Source of the DNA: Terriglobia bacterium
Lineage (GTDB): Bacteria > Acidobacteriota > Terriglobia > 20CM-2-55-15
DNA: 64,000 bases
Assembly: GCA_965218585.1 (NCBI GenBank)
Contig: CBDCLE010000019.1
Span: 1 to 64,000 of the forward strand
Direction of reading: 5' to 3'
The notes under the pieces were generated by a model, which saw only the letters and a program-made list of their open reading frames with translations, was not told the origin of the DNA and searched no databases. Below, piece by piece: positions 12,537 to 23,548 of this stretch. Position 1 is the first letter of the stretch. Each line of letters opens with the position of its first letter. Position numbers and translations under genes: made by a program.

Positions 12537-12974
12537 TCAATCTCCGCCGATATAGATCCTGCCGGTCTCGGCCGTGCAACCGCCGTCAGGCATAGCCAAG
12601 CCGCAGCCGATGAGTCCCCCGGCCGTGTTCGTCATGGCGCCAAACGTGCGGCCATCTCTGAGCGGGTTCAAGGTGACCGTAATAATGGTGCCCAAAGGAA
12701 AACTATCTACGGTGACACCGACACGTGCCAGCGATGCCGCCGATCCGGTTTCCACACCCCACTGAACAGGCCGTCCATTTTCCATGACCTCGCTGCCATC
12801 CGGATTGAGCAACGCGAAGATGAGCTGAGCGTGGTTGGACCCGGGTATGTACCGGGTCAGTTTTCCCGTCACCGTCTTTTCCATAGTCTGGTCATACATC
12901 GCGAAAGAGTGGTGTGACAGTGCCGGCGTCGTCATCATGCCGATGGACATGACACCGACGACCGCTGCAACCAC
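12537..12974 (-). CDS. DUF6152-like secreted protein
   Basis: Signal peptide then HHSFAMYD, G.LT, NHAQL, WGVE. Confidence 0.7.
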   Translation of the reverse strand: MVAAVVGVMSIGMMTTPALSHHSFAMYDQTMEKTVTGKLTRYIPGSNHAQLIFALLNPDGSEVMENGRPVQWGVETGSAASLARVGVTVDSFPLGTIITVTLNPLRDGRTFGAMTNTAGGLIGCGLAMPDGGCTAETGRIYIGGD

Positions 12975-13056
12975 CCAGATATTTTCAGTGTTGGCTTATT
13001 CATGAATGATCTCCTTGTTTCCCTTCTACCATATGTAACATGCGCAGGGTCTGACG

Positions 13057-14274
13057 TCAATTATTTGGCCTCTCCCAACCCTGTTCGAAATGCTCTTCCC
13101 AATTCTGTGCCCATGGTCGACCAAAGTAGTCGATCCAGCCTTCATCGATGGGAAGTAGCTGGGTCGGTCGTCCGTCGGGACCGTTGACGATCGTGCTCTG
13201 GGTTCGGCACTGTTTGAACGTATACCGGTTGTCCGGGGTCGTCAAGCCCAAACCGCTTGTTCCATGGAGTGACCGTGTGCAGGGGCTGAGCAAAGGCCAG
13301 GGAGTCGTAGAATGTCGCCTCCACGATCAGCCCGCTCCCGTCGGAGTTCGGTCTGAAGACTTCGACGACCTCGAATTCGTTGCTCCATTCCGGCATGGAA
13401 TGCGACAGCTTCCATCCTTGGACGTTGGCCGTCCATGCGATGAGCGTGTCGCCGTTCCAGAACCCGATGGTCTCACCCCACCATTGCGGAATTCCGTCCT
13501 GCACATGTTCGCCGGCCGATGAGAATCTTGCGAAGGAAGTTGTCCGCCGTGCCGCTCAGGAACTGAATCTGATGAGGCGTCATCAGGACTTCATACCCCC
13601 CGCCGACGGCGGCCTGCGACCACCAGCGCCAGAGCCCTTCCGGATAGCAGAACGCGGCCATCCACTGGGGTGAATTGCTCACGGCTTCGTGGTAGGTCTC
13701 TTGAGCCATGTACTCCTGATATTGAGGCGTCAAGAGCGATAACATAGTTGAGGTTTGGAGGTTGCGGCCGTAAACCCACTGTTCGTCGGCGCCTCCGCGA
13801 TTATAGTTCCCATCCCAGTCGGGCAAGGTACCCCGCCTGTAAATTGTTGGGCCTCCGGCCGCCTCGGCTTCGGCCATCAACGCATTGTAATGTTCCTCGG
13901 CGGTCTGGTAGTCGTAGGGGCTCACGATGTCGGCGATGTCACGGTCCCGGTCGCAGTCTCCCCATCCACCCGACGCGTCCCTGCCTCCACATGTCGGTCA
14001 ATTGGCGTGGGGTGTTGCAACGGGCATAAACGGGGATCGGTCCAGTATTCCTCATCGAGATAAAAGTTTTCGGTCGTCCACATGTCGACCGGCAGCGCTT
14101 CGATTCCCGATGGGGGTGTCGTAGAGGTAGAGCCCCCCTGTCGGCAGGCCTCCGCCTCTGCCTCTTCCCTGCTGCCCTCCTCGTCCCCGTTGCGCGTCTG
14201 CGACCACCGCCATCCCCTGCTACGAGCATCGCGAGTAGAACGATCGAGGCTACAGTTGTTCGTGATGTACCCAT
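13057..14274 (-). CDS. Secreted hypothetical protein, paralog 2; several frameshifts
   Basis: Same motifs as 11164-12362 spread over four ORFs. Confidence 0.75.
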
Positions 14275-14352
14275 TGATTCCTCCGTTGGGAAGATGACTT
14301 GTTATCGATGAAATGCGACTAAGACGTCGATTCGTAGGCGATTAGTGCGTTG

Positions 14353-14381
14353 ATGGTATTCGGAGTCGGGTCAATGGTCAA
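14353..14381 (-). promoter_or_regulatory. Sigma70-like promoter TTGACC-N17-TACCAT
   Basis: Conserved with 12423-12451. Confidence 0.6.
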
Positions 14382-14507
14382 GCTTCGGATAGGTGTCTTC
14401 CCGGCCTCACCTGGACAGGATCGCTTTCGATGTGAATTGGGCGGTGGTGTATGGCATGGGTGTCACTCGAAACGGTTTGCTGAGTCGTGGCTGCGGCGAG
14501 GTTGGGC

Positions 14508-15158
14508 CTATTTCATCAGCAGCTTCGCGACTGCGTCCGCATGGCGCTCGATCACATCCGGAGACGTCGTCAGCTGACCGGTGTAGTACTCGCTGTCTGC
14601 CGGGGCGATCAGTCGATGCAGGAGAGCACCGCGGAACACGAAAAGTAAGTCGTCAAACGGGATGTCGTCCTTGACCACGCCCTCTTTCTGCAAGCGTTTC
14701 AAAAGACGTTCGGACAGCTCTATGAAACCCGTAACGTGTTGTTTGTAGGCTTTCCGATAGCGGTCGCTGCCCTTCATGGCCTCGCGAAAGAAGATCCGGT
14801 GCAGCTGAGGATTCCACGCCAGGAGCCAGGGGACTGCGAGGATGTGTGCGCGGAGCTGTTCTCTGGGTGGCAACGACAGGATGGCCTCCTGGTCTTTCTT
14901 CCCGACTTCCTGCGCCTTTTCGCTGAGGGTGGCGACAACGCTCTCCCACAGACGCTCCTTTGAACCGAAGTGGTAACGGATGGACTGGAAGTTCACGCCT
15001 GCGGCTGTCCCGATATCGCGGAGCGTAGCGCCGCTGAAACCCTTTTCGGAGAAGGCCCAGGCCGCCGTCTCCAGTATGCGTTCACGAGTCTTTTCGGAAT
15101 TGGCGATCGGCGATCCCGTCGCTTCTTCCAGAATGCCATTTTCTTCAGCTGACATCAT
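14508..15158 (-). CDS. TetR/AcrR family regulator
   Basis: TRERILETAAWAFSEKGFSGATLRDIGTAAGVNFQSIRYHFGSKE. Confidence 0.92.
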   Translation of the reverse strand: MMSAEENGILEEATGSPIANSEKTRERILETAAWAFSEKGFSGATLRDIGTAAGVNFQSIRYHFGSKERLWESVVATLSEKAQEVGKKDQEAILSLPPREQLRAHILAVPWLLAWNPQLHRIFFREAMKGSDRYRKAYKQHVTGFIELSERLLKRLQKEGVVKDDIPFDDLLFVFRGALLHRLIAPADSEYYTGQLTTSPDVIERHADAVAKLLMK

Positions 15159-15325
15159 GAGAATCTTACACTTATCAAAGCCGTTGTCATCCAGGAAATC
15201 CTCCGGATTTCCTGCCGGATTCCTGCCCTACTGTGTCGCAGGTACCTGAGGGCGGGTTTGAACCAGATCGACGCAGGTCTGTTCGCCTATTAAACCCCCT
15301 ATCAAAGCCAATGAAAACGCGGCCT

Positions 15326-16125
15326 TTACTCAGCCTTTCTGTATAAAGCCTCGTACAATTGCTTTCGGGTCACTCCCAGGCGCCCGGCCGCGATCTTCAG
15401 TAGCTCCTGCCGCGAAACCGTCTCCAGATCCACGACGGGCGGCTTCGATTCTGTCTTCTCTGCCCCCGCGAGAACGATAACCGCCTCTCCAAGCTGCTTC
15501 GTCCGTTGTGCGACTTCGCTGAGCTTCCCAAAAACGTACTCTTCGTGCAGCTTTGTCATTTCGCGCGTCCTACAAAGACTTCCCGGTCGCCCAGGACTTC
15601 CTGCATATCCTTCAGTGTTGAGGCGATGCGTCGGGGAGCTTCATAGAATACGAGTGTGCAGGCAACCCGCTTGAGGGATTCGATATGCCGGCGACGCGCC
15701 TCCTTTCGTGATGGGAGAAAGCCGGCGAACAGGAATTCATCTGTCGGCAGCCCCGATACCGACAGGGCCGCCACCGCAGCCGACGGTCCTGGTATAGGGA
15801 TCACGGGAATGTTCTGCTGGCGGCAGAGGCGTACAAGCCTGTATCCGGGATCGGAAACTGTGGGTGTGCCCGCGTCGGAAACCAGGGCGAGTTTTTGTCC
15901 CGACGTCAGCCTTTCGATAAGGGTTTCGGCCTTGTCGGTTTCGTTAAAGTCGTGATAGGCCTCCATCGGTCGCCGGATGTTGTAGCGCCCCAGCAGCTTA
16001 CGTGTGTGACGCGTGTCTTCACATACGATGACGTCCACCTCTCCCAACACGGAGGCCGCCCGGTGTGTGAAGTCGTCCAGGCTCCCTATTGGAGTTGCGA
16101 TCACGTAGAGCATTCCGGGAGACAT
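15326..16125 (-). CDS. rsmI: 16S rRNA C1402 2'-O-methyltransferase; frameshift near 15565
   Basis: LYVIATPIG, CEDTR, LVSDAGTP.VSDPG, FYEAP, MTKLHEE. Confidence 0.9.
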
Positions 16126-16346
16126 GGTTTGAATTCGGGATTGTTTATGAGGTTGCTATTGACTGGGTTCGAGGAGGCGCTACAATGTATTGTTTGGGCG
16201 CCGTGTGAGACCCATGCCAGTGCGCCTCGAGGAAAATAATGAGTTCGAACCTACCATGAATGCCCAACCCAATACGAACCGCTGTCTTTTATCAAGAGCA
16301 GTCCCGCTTATATAACTATTCAAATACTGATTTCCTCACAGAAGAT

Positions 16347-16377
16347 AAAAGCCCCGGTTTTTTTGAAAAACCGGGGC
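16347..16377 (-). terminator. Intrinsic terminator after galU
   Basis: 12-bp stem GCCCCGGTTTTT/AAAAACCGGGGC followed by a U tract on the minus strand. Confidence 0.75.
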
Positions 16378-16399
16378 ACCACTCCGTGTCGTGCTCACT

Positions 16400-17276
16400 C
16401 TAGAGTTCTAGAGACTGAAGATACTTGCGGAAATCCGCTCCGAGATCGTCTCTCTTGAGCGCGAACTCCACGGTTGCTTTCAAAAAACCCAATTTATCGC
16501 CCGCCATCGTATCGGGTCCCGTCGAACATGTATGCGTACACGGGCTGTTGCTCCAGCAGGAGCCGGATCGCATCCGTGATCTGGATTTCGCCGCCCGAAC
16601 CTGCGTCCGTGTTTTCGATCGCATCGAAGATTTCCGGGGTCAGGATATAGCGCCCGATGATTGCCAGGTTCGAGGGTGCCTCATCGCGAGGCGGCTTCTC
16701 TATCACGTCTTCGATTCTGTAAACACGTCCGTCGTAGCCGTCGAGGGGATAACCCCGGATAATGCCGTAGTGGGAGACGTCCGGCTTGAGGAACGGCGCA
16801 TGTTGCGATGATCGACGACCTGCAGTTTTTCAAACAGCGACATCATCTGCTTCAAACACGGGACTTCGGCGTCAATAATGTCGTCGCCGAGCATCACGGC
16901 GAAGGGTTCGCTCCCTATGACATCCCCGAGCCATTTTTATGGCGTGTCCGAGTCCAAGGGCTTCTTTCTGGCGCACATACGACACGTCGAGCATGTTTGA
17001 AATTCTGCGCATGTCTTCGAGTTCGGTGTCCTTGCCCCTCTGGGCCAGGACGCTTTCCAATTCGTAGGAAACGTCGAAATGGTCCTCTATGGCGTTCTTA
17101 CCGCGTCCCGTCACGATCGTTACGCTCTGGATTCCTGACTGCACGGCTTCTTCGATTACGTATTGAATCAAAGGCTTGTCGACCAGCGGCAGCATCTCTT
17201 TGGGCTGGGCTTTCGTTGCCGGGAGAAATCGGGTGCCCAGTCCAGCGGCTGGGAAGACCGCCTTCTGGACCTGCAT
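16400..17276 (-). CDS. galU: UTP-glucose-1-phosphate uridylyltransferase; several frameshifts
   Basis: [56 protein letters not shown]. Confidence 0.92.
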
Positions 17277-17319
17277 GGTACGAGTGGTGGAATCGCGCTT
17301 CAAAGATCTGTCCATCTGA

Positions 17320-18123
17320 TCATTCGATCATCATGCCCATTCGGAACCATCGGGTTCTGGTGAAGAAATGGCCGACAATTGATGCGTAACTCTTTATGCG
17401 ATCTACGACAGTACGCCGCCCGGGAATGTATGTGTCTGCGGCATAAGACCAATAGACGAACAGCGGCTTGCCGATCATATCCGCCCGCGTAATAAAGCCC
17501 CAGTACCGGCTGTCATTGCTGTTGTCACGGTTGTCTCCCATGGCGAAGTAAGAGTCATCCGGTAGTGTCACCGGTCCGTAGTTGTCGCGGATTCTGTATT
17601 CATCAGGGGTCCAGGGTTCATCTTCGTAAAGATTTTCGTCAACGTGAATCTTGTAGGGCTCCTCGATTTCGAGGTCGTTTATCCAGACCCGTTTGTCGCG
17701 AATCTCGACTATATCGCCCGGCATCCCGATCAACCTCTTTACGAACGGTATGTCTCCCTGTGACGGTGCACGGAAAGCCACGATGTCGCCTCGCTCCAGA
17801 GTACGTTCAGGCAGATACGCTCGCATAAACCGGGGATAGTTTGCGGGGTAAGCGAGTTTGTCGAGGAAGAAATGGTCACCCACCATGATGGTGGGCTTCA
17901 TCGATTCCGTCGGAACCTGCGTCGCCTGGGCGACGAACCGTGTGAATATCAGGACGAACATCACCGTGAACGCCAGGCTTTCGATCCATTCCCGGATCTG
18001 ACTCTTCCGTGAGTATGTTTCGGGGATACCCGGAGAGGTTTCGGGAGGGGCCGGTTCCCCTGGCTGGCGATTCTCTGCGGACGGGGCCTCAGAGCCAGGT
18101 TCAAGTTCCGGTGAATTTTCCAT
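17320..18123 (-). CDS. lepB: Signal peptidase I
   Basis: [33 protein letters not shown]. Confidence 0.93.
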   Translation of the reverse strand: MENSPELEPGSEAPSAENRQPGEPAPPETSPGIPETYSRKSQIREWIESLAFTVMFVLIFTRFVAQATQVPTESMKPTIMVGDHFFLDKLAYPANYPRFMRAYLPERTLERGDIVAFRAPSQGDIPFVKRLIGMPGDIVEIRDKRVWINDLEIEEPYKIHVDENLYEDEPWTPDEYRIRDNYGPVTLPDDSYFAMGDNRDNSNDSRYWGFITRADMIGKPLFVYWSYAADTYIPGRRTVVDRIKSYASIVGHFFTRTRWFRMGMMIE

Positions 18124-18133
18124 TACGCTCGGT

Positions 18134-18595
18134 TCAGTCCGCGTCGTTGGGTGCCAGAGATTCTTTCACCAACGTACTGACATGTTTTCCGTCGATCGTC
18201 TTTCCGGCCAGTCGCTCTCTGGTCGACTTCATGACCTTGCCCATGTCCCTGGGCCCCTCGGCACCGGTTTCTTCGATAGCCTCGGCTGTAGCCGCCTGGA
18301 TCTCTTCTTCCGTCGCCCGAACGGGAAGATACTCCTCGATGACTCCGATCTCGGCTTCTTCGTTTTCCGCCATCTCCTCCCGGCCTCCCTTCCGAAATTG
18401 CTCGGCGGAATCGTGACGCTGCTTCACCAACGTCTGAAGGATGGACCAGATCTCACCGTCTGAGAGCGTCTCGCGCTTTTCGATTTCTTTGTTCTTGATG
18501 GCCGTCTTAATCATGCGCAGCGTTCCCAGACGCAGTGACTCCTTGCTGCGCATCGCGGCCACGAGGTCAGTCTGGATTGTTTCGGATAGCGACAT
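18134..18595 (-). CDS. GatB/YqeY domain protein
   Basis: DLVAAMRSKE..RLGTLRMIK..KQRHDS..YLP..DMGKVM. Confidence 0.9.
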   Translation of the reverse strand: MSLSETIQTDLVAAMRSKESLRLGTLRMIKTAIKNKEIEKRETLSDGEIWSILQTLVKQRHDSAEQFRKGGREEMAENEEAEIGVIEEYLPVRATEEEIQAATAEAIEETGAEGPRDMGKVMKSTRERLAGKTIDGKHVSTLVKESLAPNDAD

Positions 18596-18755
18596 CTCTA
18601 TAGAGGTTGGCCGGTTCAAACCCTGACGACCTGCCCGGATGCGGCCCGGCAAGCACCTCTTTCATGATACCTTGCCTTTCCGGATTGCTCTGGGTTTCCT
18701 TTGAGTTAGAAGCTCTTACGAGGGTTGCAAACTGGACGCGGGTGGACCTTGTCAC

Positions 18756-19283
18756 CTAGACATCTAGTTCAACGTTCCAGTAGAGATAGTCCCGCCAGCT
18801 GTCGGGCGGAGACTTGATTCTGAACGTAATGTGATACGCGGGAAGCCAACTGGGTTCGGTCGGTCGGCGGATCAGTTTCATCCGGGCCTGGGCCGGCGTT
18901 CTCCCCCCCTTCTTGTGGTTACATCGGAAGCACGCAGTTACGATGTTGTCCCACTTCTTTTTTCCGCCCCGAGCGACCGGTACGACGTGGTCGAAGGTCA
19001 GATCTTCCGTGGGAAACCTCTTGCCGCAGTACTGGCAGCTGTACTTATCCCGGGCATATATGTTTGCTCTCGAGAACTTTACGCGGTTCCAGTTCTTGAC
19101 TCGAACGTACTTGACCAGCTTGCAGACGGATGGGAGTTTGATCGAAAACGTGACGCTGTGGACCTCGTGATCATACTCGTCGATCACTTCTACTTTTCCT
19201 GCAAACAGCAGCGTGAGAGCCTTTTTCCACGAGATGACCCGGAGCGGTTCGTAGGAGGCGTTTAGTAGAAGTGTGGCCTGCAT
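18756..19283 (-). CDS. HNH endonuclease family protein
   Basis: LLLNASYEPL, RDKYSCQYCG, TFDHVVP, WDNIVTACFRCNHKK. Confidence 0.9.
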   Translation of the reverse strand: MQATLLLNASYEPLRVISWKKALTLLFAGKVEVIDEYDHEVHSVTFSIKLPSVCKLVKYVRVKNWNRVKFSRANIYARDKYSCQYCGKRFPTEDLTFDHVVPVARGGKKKWDNIVTACFRCNHKKGGRTPAQARMKLIRRPTEPSWLPAYHITFRIKSPPDSWRDYLYWNVELDV

Positions 19284-19520
19284 GCTTTCAATTGTCCCCA
19301 GTGTCTATTCGAAAAGTCTGAGAGGTGTCCTGTATCTTTGTCAAGGGTTTTTACGCTCAAACCCTTACGCCAAGTGGGTTTGGGCCGAACCCTCGGCCGT
19401 TGGCCAAACGCTGCTACAATGACTCGCTAGCTGTTGAAAGCTAATAGAAAGAGTCGGGAGATCCTGCTCCGAACGGTTGACCGGTAGCGTTTGACGTTTC
19501 CCCAAAAGAGGAGTCGTTCT

Positions 19521-20363
19521 GTGGACCGAGGAATATTGGAAAAAGAAAACCGGCTGAAGGGCATCCTCCAGGAGATGGGCTCCTGTCTGATTGCCTTCAG
19601 CGGTGGTGTGGACAGCGCCTACCTCGCCGTGACGGCACATGACGAGCTTGGCAAGCGGGCGCTTGCGGTAACCGCGGAAAGTCCCAGCTATCCCGCATAC
19701 CAGAAGGAAATGGTTCTCGACATCGTTGAGCGATACGGTCTTCGTCACGAGTTCATCCGTTCCGAAGAGCTGGAAGACCCCAACTACGCAGAGAATCCAA
19801 TCAATCGTTGTTACTACTGCAAGCACGAGTTGTACACCAAGTTGCGGTCGATGGCTGCGAGACGGGGTTTCTTCTGCGTGACGGATGGAAACAACATTGA
19901 CGATACCGGAGACTATCGGCCTGGCCGTGAAGCTGCTCGGGAACTGTCGGTCCGGAGTCCATTGATCGAAGCGGGACTTGGCAAGGACGGGATTCGAGCG
20001 CTCTCGAAGAGAAGGGAGTTGCCCACCTGGGATCAACCGGCTTCGGCCTGCCTCTCCTCGCGAATACCTTATGGATCTCCGGTCACCAGAGCCAAACTCA
20101 GAATGATTGAGGACGGAGAGGCGGTACTGAGGTCGCTGGGATTCCGCCAGAGCCGCGTGCGCCATCACGATGAGATCGCCCGTATTGAAATTTCGTACGA
20201 GGAACTCGAGAAGGCGATGCGGCTGGAAGTGTTTGAGGCGTTGGCCGACCGGTTCAAGGAGATCGGCTTCCAATTTGTGACCCTCGACGTTGAAGGGTAT
20301 CGGACTGGCCGGCTCAACGAGTCCGTTGTTCCCCTTACCGAAATAGAGGTTCCCAACAAGTGA
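19521..20363 (+). CDS. larE: LarE-family ATP-dependent sulfur transferase
   Basis: AFSGGVDS PP-loop, RCYYCK, DYRPG, ACLSSRIPYG, RVRHH. Confidence 0.85.
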   Translation: MDRGILEKENRLKGILQEMGSCLIAFSGGVDSAYLAVTAHDELGKRALAVTAESPSYPAYQKEMVLDIVERYGLRHEFIRSEELEDPNYAENPINRCYYCKHELYTKLRSMAARRGFFCVTDGNNIDDTGDYRPGREAARELSVRSPLIEAGLGKDGIRALSKRRELPTWDQPASACLSSRIPYGSPVTRAKLRMIEDGEAVLRSLGFRQSRVRHHDEIARIEISYEELEKAMRLEVFEALADRFKEIGFQFVTLDVEGYRTGRLNESVVPLTEIEVPNK

Positions 20364-21625
20364 AGCTGTTGGTCGTAGGTTCCGGCGGGCGTGAGCACGC
20401 GATTGTGCACGCGTTGGCGGCCAGTTCCAAGGTCTCGAAGATCTACGCCGCACCCGGGAACGGGGGGACTGCCCAACACGCCGAGACGGTTGCCATTCGA
20501 GCCGACTCGGTTGATGAACTGGCTGTCTTTGCCGAGAGCCACGCGATCGATCTGACACTGGTCGGTCCCGAGGTGCCTTTGAGTCAAGGTATCGTGGACG
20601 AGTTTCGAAAGCGTGACCTTCCTGCTGTTGGACCCACCGCCGAGATGGCGCAACTAGAATCGAGCAAGGCCTTTACCAAGCGTCTCTGTTCGCGTCACTC
20701 GATACCGACGGCTGCTTACACCGAGTGCTCGACGTCGGAAGAAGCCTACAAGATCCTCGATGAAACCGAATATCCAACAGCCATCAAGGCTGACGGTCTG
20801 GCTGCGGGCAAGGGTGTAGTCATCGCGGAGTCCGCCGAGCAGGCCACCCAGACAGTGAAGGACTTCATGGAGTCCGCCACGCTTGGTGATGCCGGTTCCC
20901 GCCTGGTGATCGAAGAATTTCTCGAAGGCGAAGAAGCCTCGTTTCACGTATTCGCCGACGGGACTGATTTTAAGCCGATGGTTGCTTCCCAAGATCACAA
21001 GCGGCGTTTCGCTGGCGACCGAGGTCCCAACACGGGAGGCATGGGTGCCTATTCCATCGACACGATCCTGTCCGACGATGTACGCCAGGAGGTGATCGAT
21101 CAACTGATTCGTCCCACCCTGGCTGCCATGGAGACGTATTCGGGCGTTCTCTATGCGGGCCTGATGATGACGGAAGCTGGGCCTAAGCTTCTCGAGTACA
21201 ACGTTCGGTTTGGAGACCCTGAGACACAGGTGATCCTGCCCCGAATGGAAACCGACCTGGTCGATGTTCTGATTGCTGTTAGAGACCACCGGTTGCGAGA
21301 GCTGGAACTCAGGTGGAGGCCCGTTGTTTCGGCCACAGTCGTGTTGGTATCCGGCACCTATCCGGGAAGTGTAGAGAAAGGGAAGGAAATCTTCGGTCTG
21401 GAGGAAGCCGCCCGCGTTAGCGACGTCACCGTGTACCACGCAGGTACGCGGAGAGACGAGGGGCATGTCTACACGGCTGGAGGTCGTGTATTGAATGTGA
21501 CCGCAGTCGGCCCCACCCTCAAGGAGGCGCTGGAGAAGGCTTACTTTGTAGCTGAAATGATAGACTTCGAAGGCAAGGACTACCGTAACGACATCGGACA
21601 GAAAGGACTGGCTAAGAACAGATGA
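20360..21625 (+). CDS. purD: Phosphoribosylamine-glycine ligase
   Basis: GSGGREHA, APGNGG, KADGLAAGKGV, GPNTGGMG, RFGDPETQ. Confidence 0.97.
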   Translation: MKLLVVGSGGREHAIVHALAASSKVSKIYAAPGNGGTAQHAETVAIRADSVDELAVFAESHAIDLTLVGPEVPLSQGIVDEFRKRDLPAVGPTAEMAQLESSKAFTKRLCSRHSIPTAAYTECSTSEEAYKILDETEYPTAIKADGLAAGKGVVIAESAEQATQTVKDFMESATLGDAGSRLVIEEFLEGEEASFHVFADGTDFKPMVASQDHKRRFAGDRGPNTGGMGAYSIDTILSDDVRQEVIDQLIRPTLAAMETYSGVLYAGLMMTEAGPKLLEYNVRFGDPETQVILPRMETDLVDVLIAVRDHRLRELELRWRPVVSATVVLVSGTYPGSVEKGKEIFGLEEAARVSDVTVYHAGTRRDEGHVYTAGGRVLNVTAVGPTLKEALEKAYFVAEMIDFEGKDYRNDIGQKGLAKNR

Positions 21626-22128
21626 AACCTCTTGTGGGCATTCTCATGGGAAGCGATTCAGACCTGCCTGTTATGGAAGGCGCTCTGAAGGTTTTGAAGG
21701 ACTTTGGTGTCGATGCAGAGGTCGAGGTTGTCAGCGCTCACCGGTCGCCCGACCGGGCGATCGAGTACTCCAGAACGGCCCGCGCGCGCGGGCTGCGGGT
21801 GATCATTGCTGGCGCCGGTAGCGCGGCCCACCTTGCGGGCGTCATTGCGGCAGAAACGACTCTTCCAGTGATCGGAGTTCCGATCGACAGCTCGCCTCTT
21901 AAGGGATTTGATTCGTTGTTGGCCACGGTTCAGATGCCGCCCGGCGTTCCTGTGGCAACGATGGCCGTGGGTAAGGCTGGAGCAACGAATGCGGCACTGT
22001 TCGCGATCCAGATCCTCTCAAACCGAGACGAGGCCCTGGAGGCACGCATGGCCGAACACAAGGAAAACCTGGCCCGCGGTGTTGCCGAAAAGAATGCCCG
22101 ACTCCAGGAGAAGTTGAACGGAGACTGA
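21622..22128 (+). CDS. purE: N5-CAIR mutase
   Basis: MGSDSD, SAHR, AGSAAHLAG, VQMPPGVPVAT. Confidence 0.96.
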   Translation: MKPLVGILMGSDSDLPVMEGALKVLKDFGVDAEVEVVSAHRSPDRAIEYSRTARARGLRVIIAGAGSAAHLAGVIAAETTLPVIGVPIDSSPLKGFDSLLATVQMPPGVPVATMAVGKAGATNAALFAIQILSNRDEALEARMAEHKENLARGVAEKNARLQEKLNGD

Positions 22129-23501
22129 TGTCGGAAAAGAAGTTCCATATCGCGAACTTTGGTTGCCGGGCATCCCAGTCCGAGGGTGGTGCTATTCATA
22201 ACCAACTCTCTGCTGATACTGTCGAAGCCGAATCTCCCTTCCATGCCGACGTCCTGATTATCAATTCATGTACCGTCACCGAGGAGGCCGACCGCGATGT
22301 CCGGCGCCTGATTCGAAGGGTTGCACGGCGAAATCCCCGGGCCGAGATCATCGTGACGGGCTGTTACGCGCAGCGGCGTCCCGAGGAGCTGGCTGCCATG
22401 TCCCAGGTGCGCTACGTCGTCGGTAACTCCCATAAGGCCATGGTTGGGTCGTTGGCCAAAGAGCGGCTGGACTCTCACGTCGATGCCGGTCGCGCCGAGA
22501 TATTTTGCAGCGAGATCTGGGGCGAGCTCTCCAAACCTGCCCATCAGGGTTCGGGCGGTCGTACCCGCGCGACCGTCAAGGTTCAGGACGGCTGCAACGC
22601 GACGTGTTCGTTCTGCATCATTCCGGCCGTCCGTGGCCCCAGCCGGAGTCTTGGAGCCGACAGCGTTGTTGCGCAGGTGCGTGATCTCGTAGCGAGGGGC
22701 TTCCGTGAGGTCGTCTTTTCCGGAATTCATTTGGGTTCGTACGGGCGCGACATCACCCCGCGTTATTCGCTGGAACAGCTCGTTCGGCGGGTCCTTGATG
22801 AAGTTCCCGACCTTGAACGCCTTCGCCTCAGTTCGATAGAGCCGTTAGAGGTCACAGAGGGGATCGTCGACCTGGTGGCCCACAGCCCAAGGATTGCCGA
22901 CCACCTGCACGTACCGATGCAGAGCGGATCTTCGCGAATCCTCGAGGCGATGCGGCGGCCCTATCGGGCGCCCGATTATGCGGCTTTGATCGGGCGCATT
23001 CGCGACGCCGCTCCCGATGCTGCGATCGGTGCAGATGTCATGGTTGGATTCCCGGGTGAAACCGACGACGATTTCCTCCAGACCTATCGCCTGATCGAGG
23101 ATTCCCCACTCACCTACCTCCATGTCTTTCCGTATTCACCGCGTCCAGGCACGGCCGCGGCGGAATATTCGAATCCGCTTCCCGAACATGTCTCCAGGTT
23201 CCGGGGACAGCAACTTCGTCAGTTGATCGGGCGGAAGAACGAAGCCTTTCGACAGAGTTTCGTCGGTCGGGATCTTTGGGTCCTGGTCCTGGAAGAGGAA
23301 GCGCAGTCGGGTCGGCGGCCGGCGATCAGCGACAACTTCATCAAAGTTCGCGTTCCCGAAACGTTGGACACCAACCGCTGGTGCCGGGTGCCGATATCCG
23401 GGATCGAGGGTGTGGGTCTGACGGGCACGCTTGCCCAGGAAGAGAAGTTATCGGATAGGCAGCGACCTCTCAGTTGGCTTCCGGCAAACGGTATTGTTTG
23501 A
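22128..23501 (+). CDS. mtaB: tRNA t6A37 methylthiotransferase
   Basis: FGCR, NSCTVT, TGCYAQ, KVQDGCNATCSFC, HVFPYSPRPGT. Confidence 0.9.
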   Translation: MSEKKFHIANFGCRASQSEGGAIHNQLSADTVEAESPFHADVLIINSCTVTEEADRDVRRLIRRVARRNPRAEIIVTGCYAQRRPEELAAMSQVRYVVGNSHKAMVGSLAKERLDSHVDAGRAEIFCSEIWGELSKPAHQGSGGRTRATVKVQDGCNATCSFCIIPAVRGPSRSLGADSVVAQVRDLVARGFREVVFSGIHLGSYGRDITPRYSLEQLVRRVLDEVPDLERLRLSSIEPLEVTEGIVDLVAHSPRIADHLHVPMQSGSSRILEAMRRPYRAPDYAALIGRIRDAAPDAAIGADVMVGFPGETDDDFLQTYRLIEDSPLTYLHVFPYSPRPGTAAAEYSNPLPEHVSRFRGQQLRQLIGRKNEAFRQSFVGRDLWVLVLEEEAQSGRRPAISDNFIKVRVPETLDTNRWCRVPISGIEGVGLTGTLAQEEKLSDRQRPLSWLPANGIV

Positions 23502-23548
23502 AGTCGAAAAACCACTCTATTTCAACGAAACCCTAAAAGGACGACCTC

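Noticed and set aside
15192-15214. Inverted repeat CAGGAAATCC/GGATTTCCTG upstream of tetR
   Set aside because: Could be an operator or a terminator; ordinary and not resolvable from sequence.
18596-18755. Possible 6S or SRP RNA between yqeY and the HNH gene
   Set aside because: No convincing long stem or SRP core motif.
18756-19283. HNH gene as a defence or homing nuclease
   Set aside because: Looks like the common standalone HNH type among housekeeping genes, with no partner genes or repeats.
19365-21466. Long antisense ORFs here and opposite nuo, hydantoinase and virB11
   Set aside because: Shadow frames of GC-rich genes, without motifs or RBS.
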